Assembly: GCA_964016885.1 (NCBI GenBank)
Contig: OZ024760.1
Coordinates: forward strand, 15,314,001-15,378,000
Length of the DNA stretch: 64,000 nt
Direction of reading: 5' to 3'
From: Eledone cirrhosa
Taxonomy: Eukaryota
Positions 49,841 through 60,924 of the stretch are shown piece by piece. Position 1 is the stretch's first letter. Every line of letters starts with the position of its first letter. A model generated the notes under the pieces. The model had not been told where the DNA came from. It worked only from the letters and a program-made list of their open reading frames with translations, and did no database searches. A program made the position numbers and the translations under genes.

Positions 49841-52493
49841 GAACAGTTCTATATGAGTGAGACATGGTCACCTGACCAAACTTGCCTCAAATTGGACAAT
49901 TCCCATCTAACCCATGCTAGCGTGGAAGATAGACGTTAAACGATGATGATGATGATGATATATATATATGTACAAGCAGGGAAAAGCGGACGTAAAATGA
50001 TGATGATGATGATGATGATGATATGAATTTGTTTTGCAAGGTTTTTGATATGAAATCGTGTGTCGAAACATATCTTGTTATACTTGGGGAGGGTCATATT
50101 GTTGTAATAATATTGCCAGAAATAACAGCAACACACTCACTGTTTGGTTGGCTTTCAAACCAAACAGTGAGTGTGTTCTGTTATTTCTGGCAATATTATA
50201 ACAATATGACCCTCCCCAAGTATAACAATATATATATATATATATATATTCTATTCTAGGGCGGGTAAAATTCCCGAGATCCATGGACGAGTTCTCTCCA
50301 ACGGTCTCTGTCCCTCATTATCGCTGCCATGTCCTGCGTCTCCAACAGACCAGTGTCTGTCCTTAGGGCATCAACATACGTTAACCTTGGTCTTTCCCTT
50401 CCAGTGTGTCCATGTATATATGTGTGTGTGTGTATGTAATTGTGATATTAATAAACCCTTCAAATTCTTGATTAGTTTCAAAATGATAGTTAGTCTCTTT
50501 TATAGTAAATGCCATGACTTTCATTCCATTTTGTAGAGGATGTCCGCTACCATTTGGCTCAGACAAAAAATGGTAAAGTATTTCAAACGTTGGTGATGTT
50601 AGCTTCCCATCCATCGAACCCCGAATTACAATATAACTGTGCTGGAACACTTTGCCAAATTCTTATCGAAAGTAAGCTTCACCTTTTAACTTTTTGTTGA
50701 GTTTTCTTTAATTCTTCTAACAGGAATAATGGAGGCCTTCATACCGAACATTTTTTCAATCTTTATTTCCTACCCTTGCAAGCAGGGAAAAGTGGTCAGA
50801 GGATGATGATGATGATGATTATTATTTCTTCTTCTTCAAGATCCTTGTACTTTGAGATCTTTTCAAATACAGTGAAATTCCGTTATAACGAAATCCATAA
50901 AAAAAAAATTTGTTGTTACGAAAAATTCTTTGTAACGGGGTCGACCTAACATGTCAAGCGTAGGGCGGGGGATTTAAAAAATTTTTTTATTATACTGAAA
51001 AATTCGTTATAACGAAATTTTACCTGTATCTTGAAAGACACATTGTAATCAGCAGGTACTGACATGTCTACTTATGATATCTAGTCTGTTCTCTTTCATC
51101 GTCCTGTCTGTGTATTGTAAAGTCCCACAGTATTATTACATTACATTGGCAGTGGATTGGCAGTATCGGTAGAGGGTCGGACACCATGCTTTTCAGCATA
51201 GAGTTACGGCCCCTTACGTTTTGAGTTCAAATCCCGCCGAGGTTAACTTTGTCTTCCATCCTTACGGGGTCGATAAAATAAAGTACCAGTCACGCACTGG
51301 GGTCGATTTAATCGACTTTCCCCTCCCTCCAAAATTACTGGCCTTGTGCCTATACTAGAAATCATTATTATTACGATCTGAGTTCAAATCCCGCCGAGGT
51401 TGACTTTGCCTTTCATCCTTACGGGGTCGATAAAATAAAGTACCAGTAATGCACTGGGTAATTGCTGGCCTTGTGCCTAAAGTAGAAACAATTATTATTA
51501 TTATCATAAAAAAAGGGTGATTAACCCTGTAGCATTTGAGTTATTCGATATATACTATTGTATTTTCGTAGTAAAGGTTTTATCTCACATAATTATCTCA
51601 TATAATATAGAATCTACGAGATTTTGATATTATTTATTTAAGAATAATACTTTAACATCAGTATGAGTGGCCAGTTATGACCGGTTTGAACAGAAAGAGG
51701 TGAGAGAATTCTGGCTGGATTTGGCCGGTTTGAATGCTAAAGGGTTAATTTCATCTTCTTCCTTTGTTCTTCTACCAGATATTATCACAGACACCCAGAA
51801 AGAGAGATGTCTACCATATATTATTCAATATCTCCAGGATTTCCTCAGATCCAACGATGCCAACTTCATACATCTTGCTCTGTGGACCATCAAAAAATTA
51901 ACCAAAGGTAAGGAATCTCCTTTATCTTCCTTTACACCTCTTACTACTACCATCATCATCACCACCACCACTCCCACCATTACCACCATCACCACCACCA
52001 CCACTAGGACCATCATCACCACCACTATGACCATTACCATGACCACCATCACCCCCCCCCCACCACTATGACCACCACCACCACTCTGACCATCACCACC
52101 ACCACTCTGACCACCACCACCACCACTACCACCATTCTGACCATCACCACACCACCACCACTCTGACCATCACCACCACTAGCACCACCATTCTGACCAT
52201 CACCACACCACCACCGCTCTGACCATCACCACCACCACCACCACCATCACCACATCACCCACCATGGCCACCTCCACCACCACCACTATCATTATTACTA
52301 TTATTATTATTGTTGTCCTGATGTCTTCCTCATCTCTATTCCAGATGATTTATTTCTTCGTGCATTTCAAGACAAAAGGTTGGACAGCGCGGCCCAAAAT
52401 GTTCTCTCTTTGAAAGTCGGAAAGGAATCTGAAATGATAGGAAAACTGGTTCCGGAAGTTCTGAGACGGATCAGGAGGGAATCTCTAACATAA
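36560..52493 (+). CDS. VAC8: Vacuolar protein 8-like armadillo-repeat protein, spliced gene span, 14 coding exons, 1800 nt, 599 aa
   Basis: Exons 36560-36601, 41926-42154, 42323-42439, 42940-43059, 43857-43976, 44926-45048, 45672-45886, 46311-46356, 47783-47919, 48691-48816, 49381-49492, 50537-50671, 51779-51907, 52345-52493 join in frame. Collinear with yeast Vac8 recalled from memory: [13 protein letters not shown]~EREAVTLLLGYLE; [22 protein letters not shown]~[28 protein letters not shown]~DVQYYC; LTLRNLASD~LALRNLASD; [17 protein letters not shown]~FLKSDYATFEHIALWTI. Confidence 0.9.
36662..37172. mobile_element. Tc1/pogo-type MITE interrupted by an RTE LINE fragment
   Basis: ccgtatttggcagataagacgcac ... 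gtgcgtcttatagcccgaacaatac inverted ends. Confidence 0.55.
37633..38344. mobile_element. non-autonomous DNA element containing a 22-bp tandem array (about 37868-38155)
   Basis: TIR cagggacggtggaa / ttccactgtctctg with ACTGT on both flanks; inner unit attgccaattgctagtatgtgt x~13. Confidence 0.6.
38695..39270. repeat. (AAC)n-rich compound repeat
   Basis: aacaaccacaattagaaccataaa blocks. Confidence 0.9.
41240..41560 (+). mobile_element. RTE/BovB-like LINE C-terminal remnant with zinc-finger-like tail
   Basis: [17 protein letters not shown]..., [13 protein letters not shown] (partly duplicated); stops and frameshifts. Confidence 0.6.
41926..42154 (+). CDS. VAC8: Vac8-like exon 2 (ECDLSH...TCGCC...[14 protein letters not shown])
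   Basis: ttctccaag| and G|GTGAGT. Confidence 0.9.
42323..42439 (+). CDS. VAC8: Vac8-like exon 3 (ARM1: [29 protein letters not shown])
   Basis: atttcag| and A|GTGAGT; Vac8 signature YSDNLxLQxSAAL. Confidence 0.95.
42440..42845 (+). repeat. 24-bp minisatellite beginning at the Vac8 exon 3 donor
   Basis: Unit gtgagtat(a/g)gcttggagtgtagct. Confidence 0.9.
42940..43059 (+). CDS. VAC8: Vac8-like exon 4 ([40 protein letters not shown])
   Basis: tttttag| and A|GTAAAA; ARM pattern. Confidence 0.88.
43857..43976 (+). CDS. VAC8: Vac8-like exon 5 (SCKAEV...[29 protein letters not shown])
   Basis: ttcccag| and A|GTAAGA. Confidence 0.92.
44110..44797 (-). mobile_element. CORE-like SINE with a third tail type, split by a 20-bp tandem array (44393-44640) and a ~55-bp duplication
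   Basis: CORE segment 44700-44760; gatgtt.tccaagggaaaggtaatg...caccagtgac repeated on each side of the array. Confidence 0.65.
44926..45048 (+). CDS. VAC8: Vac8-like exon 6 ([17 protein letters not shown]...[16 protein letters not shown])
   Basis: ctttgtag| and G|GTAGGA. Confidence 0.93.
45672..45886 (+). CDS. VAC8: Vac8-like exon 7 ([16 protein letters not shown]...[14 protein letters not shown]...SESEK)
   Basis: cttttttag-type acceptor and AAG|GTACTG. Confidence 0.93.
46311..46356 (+). CDS. VAC8: Vac8-like exon 8 ([15 protein letters not shown])
   Basis: gtttcag| and G|GTAAGG; matches yeast VKCQATLALRNLASD. Confidence 0.93.
46640..47015 (-). mobile_element. Helitron Rep/Hel Pif1-type helicase C-terminal fragment (degenerate)
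   Basis: [16 protein letters not shown]...[25 protein letters not shown]...[13 protein letters not shown]...[11 protein letters not shown]. Confidence 0.92.
47783..47919 (+). CDS. VAC8: Vac8-like exon 9 ([16 protein letters not shown]...[14 protein letters not shown])
   Basis: gttgcag| and CAG|GTATGT. Confidence 0.93.
48345..48668. repeat. diverged ~28-bp tandem repeat ending just before the exon 10 acceptor
   Basis: tattgccagctcaagccactgtgta blocks. Confidence 0.8.
48691..48816 (+). CDS. VAC8: Vac8-like exon 10 ([12 protein letters not shown]...[13 protein letters not shown])
   Basis: ttgtcag| and AAG|GTAAGT. Confidence 0.92.
49381..49492 (+). CDS. VAC8: Vac8-like exon 11 ([10 protein letters not shown]...[17 protein letters not shown])
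   Basis: atttcag| and G|GTGAGC. Confidence 0.9.
50030..50228 (+). mobile_element. fold-back element with a ~75-bp palindrome (50075-50228); related non-inverted copies 58110-58270 and 59270-59420
   Basis: ttgttatacttggggagggtcatattg... / ...caatatgaccctccccaagtataacaa; upstream GAAAC..TGTT hammerhead-like remnant. Confidence 0.65.
50257..50415 (-). mobile_element. RTE-like LINE 3' end (second copy 60291-60450)
   Basis: [22 protein letters not shown]... Confidence 0.75.
50537..50671 (+). CDS. VAC8: Vac8-like exon 12 (EDVRYHLAQ...[18 protein letters not shown])
   Basis: ttttgtag| and A|GTAAGC. Confidence 0.9.
50870..51026. mobile_element. Tc1/pogo MITE
   Basis: TA|cagtgaaattccgttataacgaa ... 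ttcgttataacgaaattttacctg|TA. Confidence 0.8.
51779..51907 (+). CDS. VAC8: Vac8-like exon 13 (NIITD...[26 protein letters not shown])
   Basis: ctaccag| and G|GTAAGG; HxALWT signature. Confidence 0.94.
52345..52493 (+). CDS. VAC8: Vac8-like exon 14 to stop (DDLFLRAFQ...RIRRESLT*)
   Basis: attccag| acceptor; TAA at 52491-52493. Confidence 0.88.
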
Positions 52494-52534
52494 CAAACAC
52501 ACATCACTAGGAGACAAATAGATGAACTTCACTA

Positions 52535-52571
52535 CATCACATCACACCACACCACACCATACAGAGACACA

Positions 52572-52633
<62 letters not shown>

Positions 52634-53026
52634 ACACAGATATAAGTGTGTATTGTCTGTTTGTGTGTGTGTGTGTGTTTCTTAAACATGGTGGAATCAT
52701 AAGCTCAAGACATAATACACAGATAGGGGTTTATAAGGTTGTAAGATGGAATTAACTATGTATTTTGTGGGATGACCTTCACCACACCATACCATAGAGA
52801 CACATATTCGAGACACATTCACACATACCATAGAGACACACATTCGAGACACACATTCACACACACCATAGAGGCACACATTCACACACACCACACAGAT
52901 ATGAGTGTGTATTGTATGTTTGTGTGTGTGTTTCTTAAAAATGGTGGAATCATAAGCTCAAGACATAATACACAGATAGGGGTTTATAAGGTTGTAGGAC
53001 AAGGATTAACTATGTATTTTGTGGGT
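52535..53026. repeat. ~255-bp tandem duplication just after the Vac8 stop
   Basis: accacacagatat.agtgtg...gtattttgtggg at 52631-52771 and 52890-53025. Confidence 0.85.
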
Positions 53027-53228
53027 CCGAATGCAGGAACGAAAGAATGAAGGATGAAATATTAACCTTAAAACACACATACACACACACTCCTATCTGG
53101 ATATTTTAGCTGTTGTGTTACCTAAACCGCTTGAAACCATTCCTGGTTCTATGATATAAAAAATACTGTTGGTTTTCAAGTTTTCATATTTATCTAAAAA
53201 CCTTCCATCATAATTTCATGTAGAACCC

Positions 53229-53290
<62 letters not shown>

Positions 53291-53484
53291 CATGTAAAAA
53301 TATATATGTAAATATATATATATATATTTACATATATATATATTAGAAAATAGAATAGCTTTCACCGTATTTTTGACTAAAGGAATTTTAGCCTGATAAT
53401 GGGGTTTAGACCCCTCAGATAAATGGAAAACATACTTACTTGATATATATATACATATATATATATATACATATATATATATAC

Positions 53485-53534
<50 letters not shown>

Positions 53535-55093
53535 GTATGTAAAAATATATATGTGAATATATATATATATATATATATGTGTGTGTATATACATATTTAC
53601 ATTAGGAAGATGCAGAGGCGAGAGAAATGGAAGGAGTTGGTTACCAGGACTCATACATCTTTTACAATTAGATCGCACAGAGAAGAATCCAGCTCTGAAT
53701 ATTTCCAAAGAAGCCAGATCAGGTCAAGAGACAGGAATCCTTTAAAACTTCCAGACCATACACATTTTAAGATGGATCTTAGCCTACAAAAGTCTAAGGT
53801 CTGTCTTAAGCCAGAAGGCTCATTAGGCCAGTGCTTATCCTGAGTTCATGGTGTGAAGTGACTGAGAGTATAAGACTTCCCCCTGGACAGGACTCCAGTT
53901 CATAACAGGGTTAAAGTCTGTCCTAAGCCAGAAGTTTGTTCAGCTGGTGTTTATCCCAGTTTCATGGTGTGAAGCGACTGAGAGCACAAGTCTCCCCACT
54001 GGACAGGACACCAGTCCATTGCAGGGTTAAAGTCTGTCTTAAGCCAGAAAGCTTGTTAGGCCGGTGCTTATCCCGGTTTCATGGTGTGAAGTGACTGAGA
54101 GTACAGGACTTCCCCCTAGACAGGACACCAGTCCATCATAAGTTTAAACTCCCAGCTATTGTTGGTACTCATTTACAGCTGAGTATACTGGAGCAACGTG
54201 AAATGAAGTGCTTTGCTCAAGAACACAACATACAACCCAACCCAGGAATCAAACCCACAACATTATGATCATAAGTCCAACACCCTTACCACTAGGCTAC
54301 ATACCTACAAACACTAAACAATATTGTATATTTAGTGATCTTCATCTCTCTATTTCCGCATTCAACAAGTATGGTGAGGTCTGTGCTTAGCTGAGGAGAT
54401 CTAATATTACTAAAACATGCCACAAGTTGTCTCCCATACTTGCCAAAAGACTTAAAATAATTGTTTCTACTTTAGGCACAAGGCTAGCAATTATCCCAGT
54501 GTATTACTGGTACTTTAGTTTATCGACCTCGTAAGGATGAAAGGCAAAGTTAACCTCGGTGGGATTTGAACTCAGAATGGCAAGGGCCGTAACTCTATGC
54601 TGCAAAGCATAGCATCCGACCCTCTACCGATACTGCCAATCCACCAAGACAATAACCACTTACTCAATAATCCTCATCTCATTATTTCAGAAAGTATGGT
54701 GAAGTCTGTGCTTAGCTGAGGAGATCCAATATTACTAAAACATGCCACAAGTTGTCTCCCATATTTGCCAAAAGACTCAAAATCATATAAGACAATAACC
54801 AATATTTTTTTTTACATCACATCATTTATTCTGAGATCAATACTCATCATCAACACAATTCTATAGACAATCAATAACCAATATTTTTTCTACTACTGCG
54901 TCATCTATTCTGAGCAGTTCTCATCAACATCACACTCCATTTATTTTATATTGAAAAAGGGTTGTAACCTCGAAATAACATGAAATAAAAGGTAAAAAGT
55001 TTAAACTGTTGTTTTGTTTTTCTTAGTATACTAAACTTCTTTATACATATACTGATGCGCGTGCGCATGTGTGTTTGTTTGTGTGGATATATG

Positions 55094-55124
<31 letters not shown>

Positions 55125-55277
55125 CTGTGTGTATATGTATATATGTGTGTGTGTATATATGTGTGTGTGTGTATATATGTGTGTGTGTGTATGTATATAT
55201 ATATATGTGTGTATGTATGTGTGTGTATATATATATATGTGTGTGTATATATATGTATATGTGTGTGTATGTGTGTG

Positions 55278-55322
<45 letters not shown>

Positions 55323-55593
55323 GTATATGTGTGTGTTTGTATATATATGAATGTATGTGTGTGTATGTGTATATATACATGTGTGTATGTATGTATGTGT
55401 ATACCTGCCAGACAGTCCTATACGAGCGAGACATGGTCACCTGACCAATCTTGCCTCAAGTGGGACAACTCCCGTCTAACCCATGCCAGCGTGGAAGATA
55501 GACGTTAAACGATGATGATGATGATGATGATGATATACATATCTATCTGTGTGTGTCTGTATGTGTGTATATGTATATATCTAAATGTGTGTG

Positions 55594-55624
<31 letters not shown>

Positions 55625-55653
55625 CTGTCTGTATATGTGTGTGTGTGTGTATA

Positions 55654-55707
<54 letters not shown>

Positions 55708-55710
55708 GGT

Positions 55711-55755
<45 letters not shown>

Positions 55756-57657
55756 TAAAAGACAAAATTGGAAGACTTTTATAAAGTTTAATATTTATAT
55801 ATAATATAAAGTTAACCTCGGCGGGATTTGAACTCAGAATGGCAAGGGCCGTAACTCTATGTGTCTAATATGCAACCAGCACTATGTAGACTTATATTGT
55901 ATTGAAACATGTTAAAGAACGAACTTTTGATAACATTCTTCATTTTTCTATACTTCATGCCTAGTACTTATTTTTCCTATATATAATATTTATATAATAG
56001 AAGAATCGAGTATCGGAAAATCAGCTCACGAATTTACGATAAACAAATCCGACATGAGTGGCAGAGGGCTCAATAATTCAGATAAATCAGAGCTATAACT
56101 ATCGTTAAAATACCAACACACAAAGATTATGCCTAAAATCACCCATGCAGCCGAAAAATAACGACCAGGAAGATTCGGGTCACTCAAATAAAATATCAAT
56201 AAATCAATAATTTATATGAATGTAAAAAACTTACCCGGACCCACAAGAAAGGTGGTAAATCTAGCTTCTATATTTAATAACGTATTACATATGTTTCACT
56301 ATCGATCTGCTCGAGGAAAGATCTATTATAGATCGAACCTGACTGGGTGTCTCCCAAAAATGTATACACACTTCAATAGCATAAATATATGTATACAACT
56401 TTTGTAACACCGTGTGTGTGTGTGTGTATACATACATATACATATATACACACAGTGGAAAGAGATATAGAGAAAAAGTGAAAGACAGAGTAACAATGAG
56501 ATGGAAGGAGGAGTGAGAGCGATTCCAAGGGAGATAATTCTTATTTGAAAGTTAGCAGACGAATACAAAGTTTAGTAAAGGTAGGATGTGTCCTCAGTGT
56601 CTCTTTGAAGACGTGAAGGCAGTGGAATTTATTTATTATTATTATTATTATACTCTAAGTCTGAGAAGATTTTAATATCTTTTTTTGACTCACTCAGAGC
56701 GGACATTATAGTTTATTGTATTTTACAAACAAGAATAAATTTATTATTCTTGTCAGGACGGATTTTACAAACATGTGAAGTTTCGAAAACTGAAGGTAAG
56801 GACGTAATTTAATAGTTCTTTGTATTTATTTTATGTATTCATATTTTCATTCTGAAACAATTTGTAATGTTATTTATACCAGTATAGTATATATATATAT
56901 ATATATTATATATATAGTATATATATATATTATATAGTATATATATATATTATATATATAATTGTTTCTACTTTAGGCACGAGGCCAGCAATTACCCAGT
57001 GCATTACTGGTACTTTATTTTATCGACCCCGTAAGGATGAAAGGCAAAGTCAACCTCGGCGGGATTTGAACTCGGATCGTAAAGGGGCGTAACTCTGCTG
57101 GAAAGCATGGCGTCCGACCCTCTACCGATACTGCCAATCCACCTTATAAATAATTGTTTCTACTTTAGGCACAAGGCCAGCAATTACCCAGTGCATTACT
57201 GGTACTTTATTTTATCGACCCCGTAAGGATGAAAGGCAAAGTCAACCTCGGCGGGACAAATATATATATATATATATAAAGAGAAAAAAAAAATGCAGAT
57301 CTGACTGATCAGCCAGTCTGCTAATATGCAAATCAGGCCGATCAGTCTGTATATTTTAGAAAATAGCATATATTTCACAAGCTCTGGCAGGTGAGCAGTG
57401 AGCTGTACTGATGAAGAGTGATACCCAGAAGCATTAGTGTCAACACAAGAGCAAGAATGAAGGGTTCATTCTACTGACATGGCTTTAAAAATGAGGCTTG
57501 TTTGCATAATTGCAAACAAATCGAATGTTATTCGAGGTTAACTTTGCCTTTCATCCTTACGGGGTCGATAAAATAAAGTACCAGTAATGCACTGAGTAAT
57601 TGCTGGCCTTGTACCAAAAGTAGAAACAATTATTAATATTTGAAAAACTCAGATTAC

Positions 57658-57718
<61 letters not shown>

Positions 57719-57825
57719 GAAGTAATTCCGTCGGAAAGGTCTAGGAAAAAAGTGTTCTATGTAGGTTACAGAGCTTAATAGTTATGTAATAAACAACATA
57801 AGATAATTATTTCATTTACAAAAAC

Positions 57826-57868
<43 letters not shown>

Positions 57869-57907
57869 AAACGAAAAATCAGTGATGCATCTGGACTCAG
57901 TTTATTG

Positions 57908-57997
57908 TGTGTTACAATTGTTTCGCCGGCAGATGGCTCGAGACGTGATCACTGTATGGATCTGTCTGATTCTACGGCTGCAGGTTCTTCAGACACA
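57908..57997 (-). ncRNA. type-I hammerhead ribozyme motif with extended stem II (Penelope-like element remnant)
   Basis: Minus strand: tgtgt-CTGAAGA-[long stem II]-GAAAC-AATT-GTA|acaca; all core nucleotides present, stem I tgtgt/acaca, palindromic stem III. Confidence 0.75.
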
Positions 57998-58055
57998 TGC
58001 AATACTTTCGAACAAATTTTCTCGCTGGGGTGTTAGCTTCAAAAAACATCTTCCT

Positions 58056-58111
<56 letters not shown>

Positions 58112-58414
58112 GTTTTTGTATTTGTTTTTGTAAGATTTTCGTATCTGAAAACGTATTGAAACCAATATTGTTATACTGTGGGAAGGTCATGCTATCAAAA
58201 ACACACGCACCTGTTGATCTTCGCTTAAATTTAATATTACAAATTCCCAGTCTGTTAATTTCATAATCATCAGTTAATATGTATATGTGTCTCTCTCTCT
58301 GCATATATTTATATGGGCATATATCGATATATAGATATTTATCGTTTAACGTCCATCTTCCACGCTAGCAAGTTTGATCGGCTGACCGTGTCTTGCTCGA
58401 GTATACACATGTAT

Positions 58415-59085
58415 ATATATATCTATGTATATATATATGTTTATATATTTATCTATGTGTGTGTATATATATATATATATATGTTTATATATTTATATAT
58501 GTTTATATATTTATATATGTTTATATATTTATATATTTATCTATGTATATATATATATGTTTATATATTTATGTATATATATATGTTTATATATTTATCT
58601 ATGTATATATATATGTTTATATATTTATCTATGTATATATATATGTTTATATATTTATCTATGTATATATATATGTTTATATATTTATCTATGTATATAT
58701 ATATGTTTATATATTTATCTATGTATATATATATGTTTATATATTTATCTATGTATATATATATGTTTATATATTTATCTATGTATATATATATGTTTAT
58801 ATATTTATCTATGTATATATATATGTTTATATATTTATCTATGTATATATATATATGTTTATATATTTATCTATGTATATATATGTTTATATATTTATCT
58901 ATGTATATATATGTTTATATATTTATTTATGTATATATATATGTTTATATATTTATCTATGTATATATATATATGTTTATATGTTTATACATTTATGTAT
59001 GTATATATATGTTTATACATTTATGTATGTGTATATATGTTTATATATTTATATATATGTTTATACATTTATGTATGTGTTTATG
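58415..59085. repeat. 30-bp AT-rich minisatellite atgtttatatatttatctatgtatatatat
   Basis: About 20 copies. Confidence 0.92.
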
Positions 59086-59836
59086 TATGTATGTTTGTTT
59101 CGTTTTTGAACTTTAGAATATAAGGGGTTTTATTTTATCAAGGTGTATAAAAATATAATATAATTCATTGAACAATAATGATAAAGAAAAGAAAAAAAAA
59201 GTGGGGGGAGCAATTCACCATCCAGTGCGACGATCAGCCGTACCTCATACCTTAGGGGTTAACATTTGGGATTTGTTTGGCAAGATTTCTTACCTGAAAA
59301 TGTGTGTTGAAACAGATATTGTTATACTTTGGGAGAGTCACGTTGCCAATAAAAACACACGCACCTGTTGGATTTTGACTTCAATTTATTATACATTTCC
59401 GGCTGGTTAGTTTCATAACCGGGTGGTTGTTTATATATTGTCAAAGCTTTTTCATCACACATTCTGTGACCTCCTCAGTGACTGATTTCTTATTTTGTGT
59501 CTCTCCTTTGTTCTGTCCTACAATACAATTTTGTTTTCTTACGTCAATATTAGAAAACAATATATTTTCCACAAAAGAATACCAACACCGAATAACTGCA
59601 GGGGTAATTTCCCTTCAATACACTTTCTATAATTTGTAATATTACCTTTGATTCCTTTAGAATGGTAAACATATTCTGATTGTATTAAATGACGAAACTC
59701 ACACATACAAACACAATAGAAGGAATACCAACATAGGCGTAGAGTGCTTAATACTACTTACAAGAAAATTACTTATGCAAACGTCTCTCTTCATACACGC
59801 ACATATATGTTCAGGCTATCTCTAAATGAAGAGAGA

Positions 59837-59913
<77 letters not shown>

Positions 59914-60924
59914 CCTATGTAGTTTAGAAAGCCACAACAATGCAGATGGGAAATCTCGAGGTAAGAAGTGAGTGAGAAATAGGAGAAAAGTGAAAATGAA
60001 AACAAAGCAAAGGTAGAAGGCATTGTTGTGGCTTTCTAAACTCCATATTTTACACATTTCACAATGCTTCAAGCAAACTTTAACACCCTCTTATCATATA
60101 TATAACCTCTTTTACGTGTTACAACCATCCATCTGAGGCCATGCTGGGTCATCGCCCTTATATATATATATATATTAAAACATTGAGGACCCTGAATCTT
60201 TTCATGCTACCCACTCTATTACCCCAAGTATCGAGTACTCTGGTGCGTAATGGTCCACTTGATATCTTACATCTTCTTTGTTATATATGTCTAGGGCAGG
60301 TAAAATTCCCGAGATCCATGGCCGAGTTCTCTCCAGTGGTCTCTGTCCCTCATCATTGCTGCCATGTTCTGCGTTTCCAACAGACCAGTGTCTGTCCTTA
60401 GGACATCAACATATGTTAACCTTGGTCTTCCTCTTCCAGTGTGTCCATGCATATACATGTTTGTAAATATGTATGTCAAATTAAATATAGAAATGGCTTC
60501 TACAGGACTAGAACTGTTTCATTCGAAAGAAACCAGCAGGAAAGCCAACTGTCATTGTAATACAGCTGTATTTATGTTTTGTGGTGGTTGGGAAAGGTGA
60601 CAAAGCTAACCTCGACAGGATTTGAACTCAGAACGAAAAGGGCCATAACTCTATGCTGCAAAGCATAGAGTCTGACGCTCTATCGATTCTGCCAACCCAC
60701 TGCCCTGCGGTTTATTATAATGATGTGACTTTTAGTTGTAGTTTGCTTGAAGCATTTTACGTAATATATTAGTTTCTGCTCTTGGCAATTACCCCAGTGC
60801 ATTACTGGTACTTTATTTTATCAACCCCGTAAGGATGAAAGGCAAAGTTGACCTCGACGGGATTTGAACTCAGACCATAAAGGGCCGTAACTCTTTGTTG
60901 CATAGCATGGTGTCTGGCGTTCTA

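Noticed and set aside
54340-54802. Apparent ~90-bp target-site duplication around the SINE at 54458-54645
   Set aside because: aagacaataacca follows both the SINE and the second copy, so the SINE inserted into copy 1 of an existing tandem duplication.
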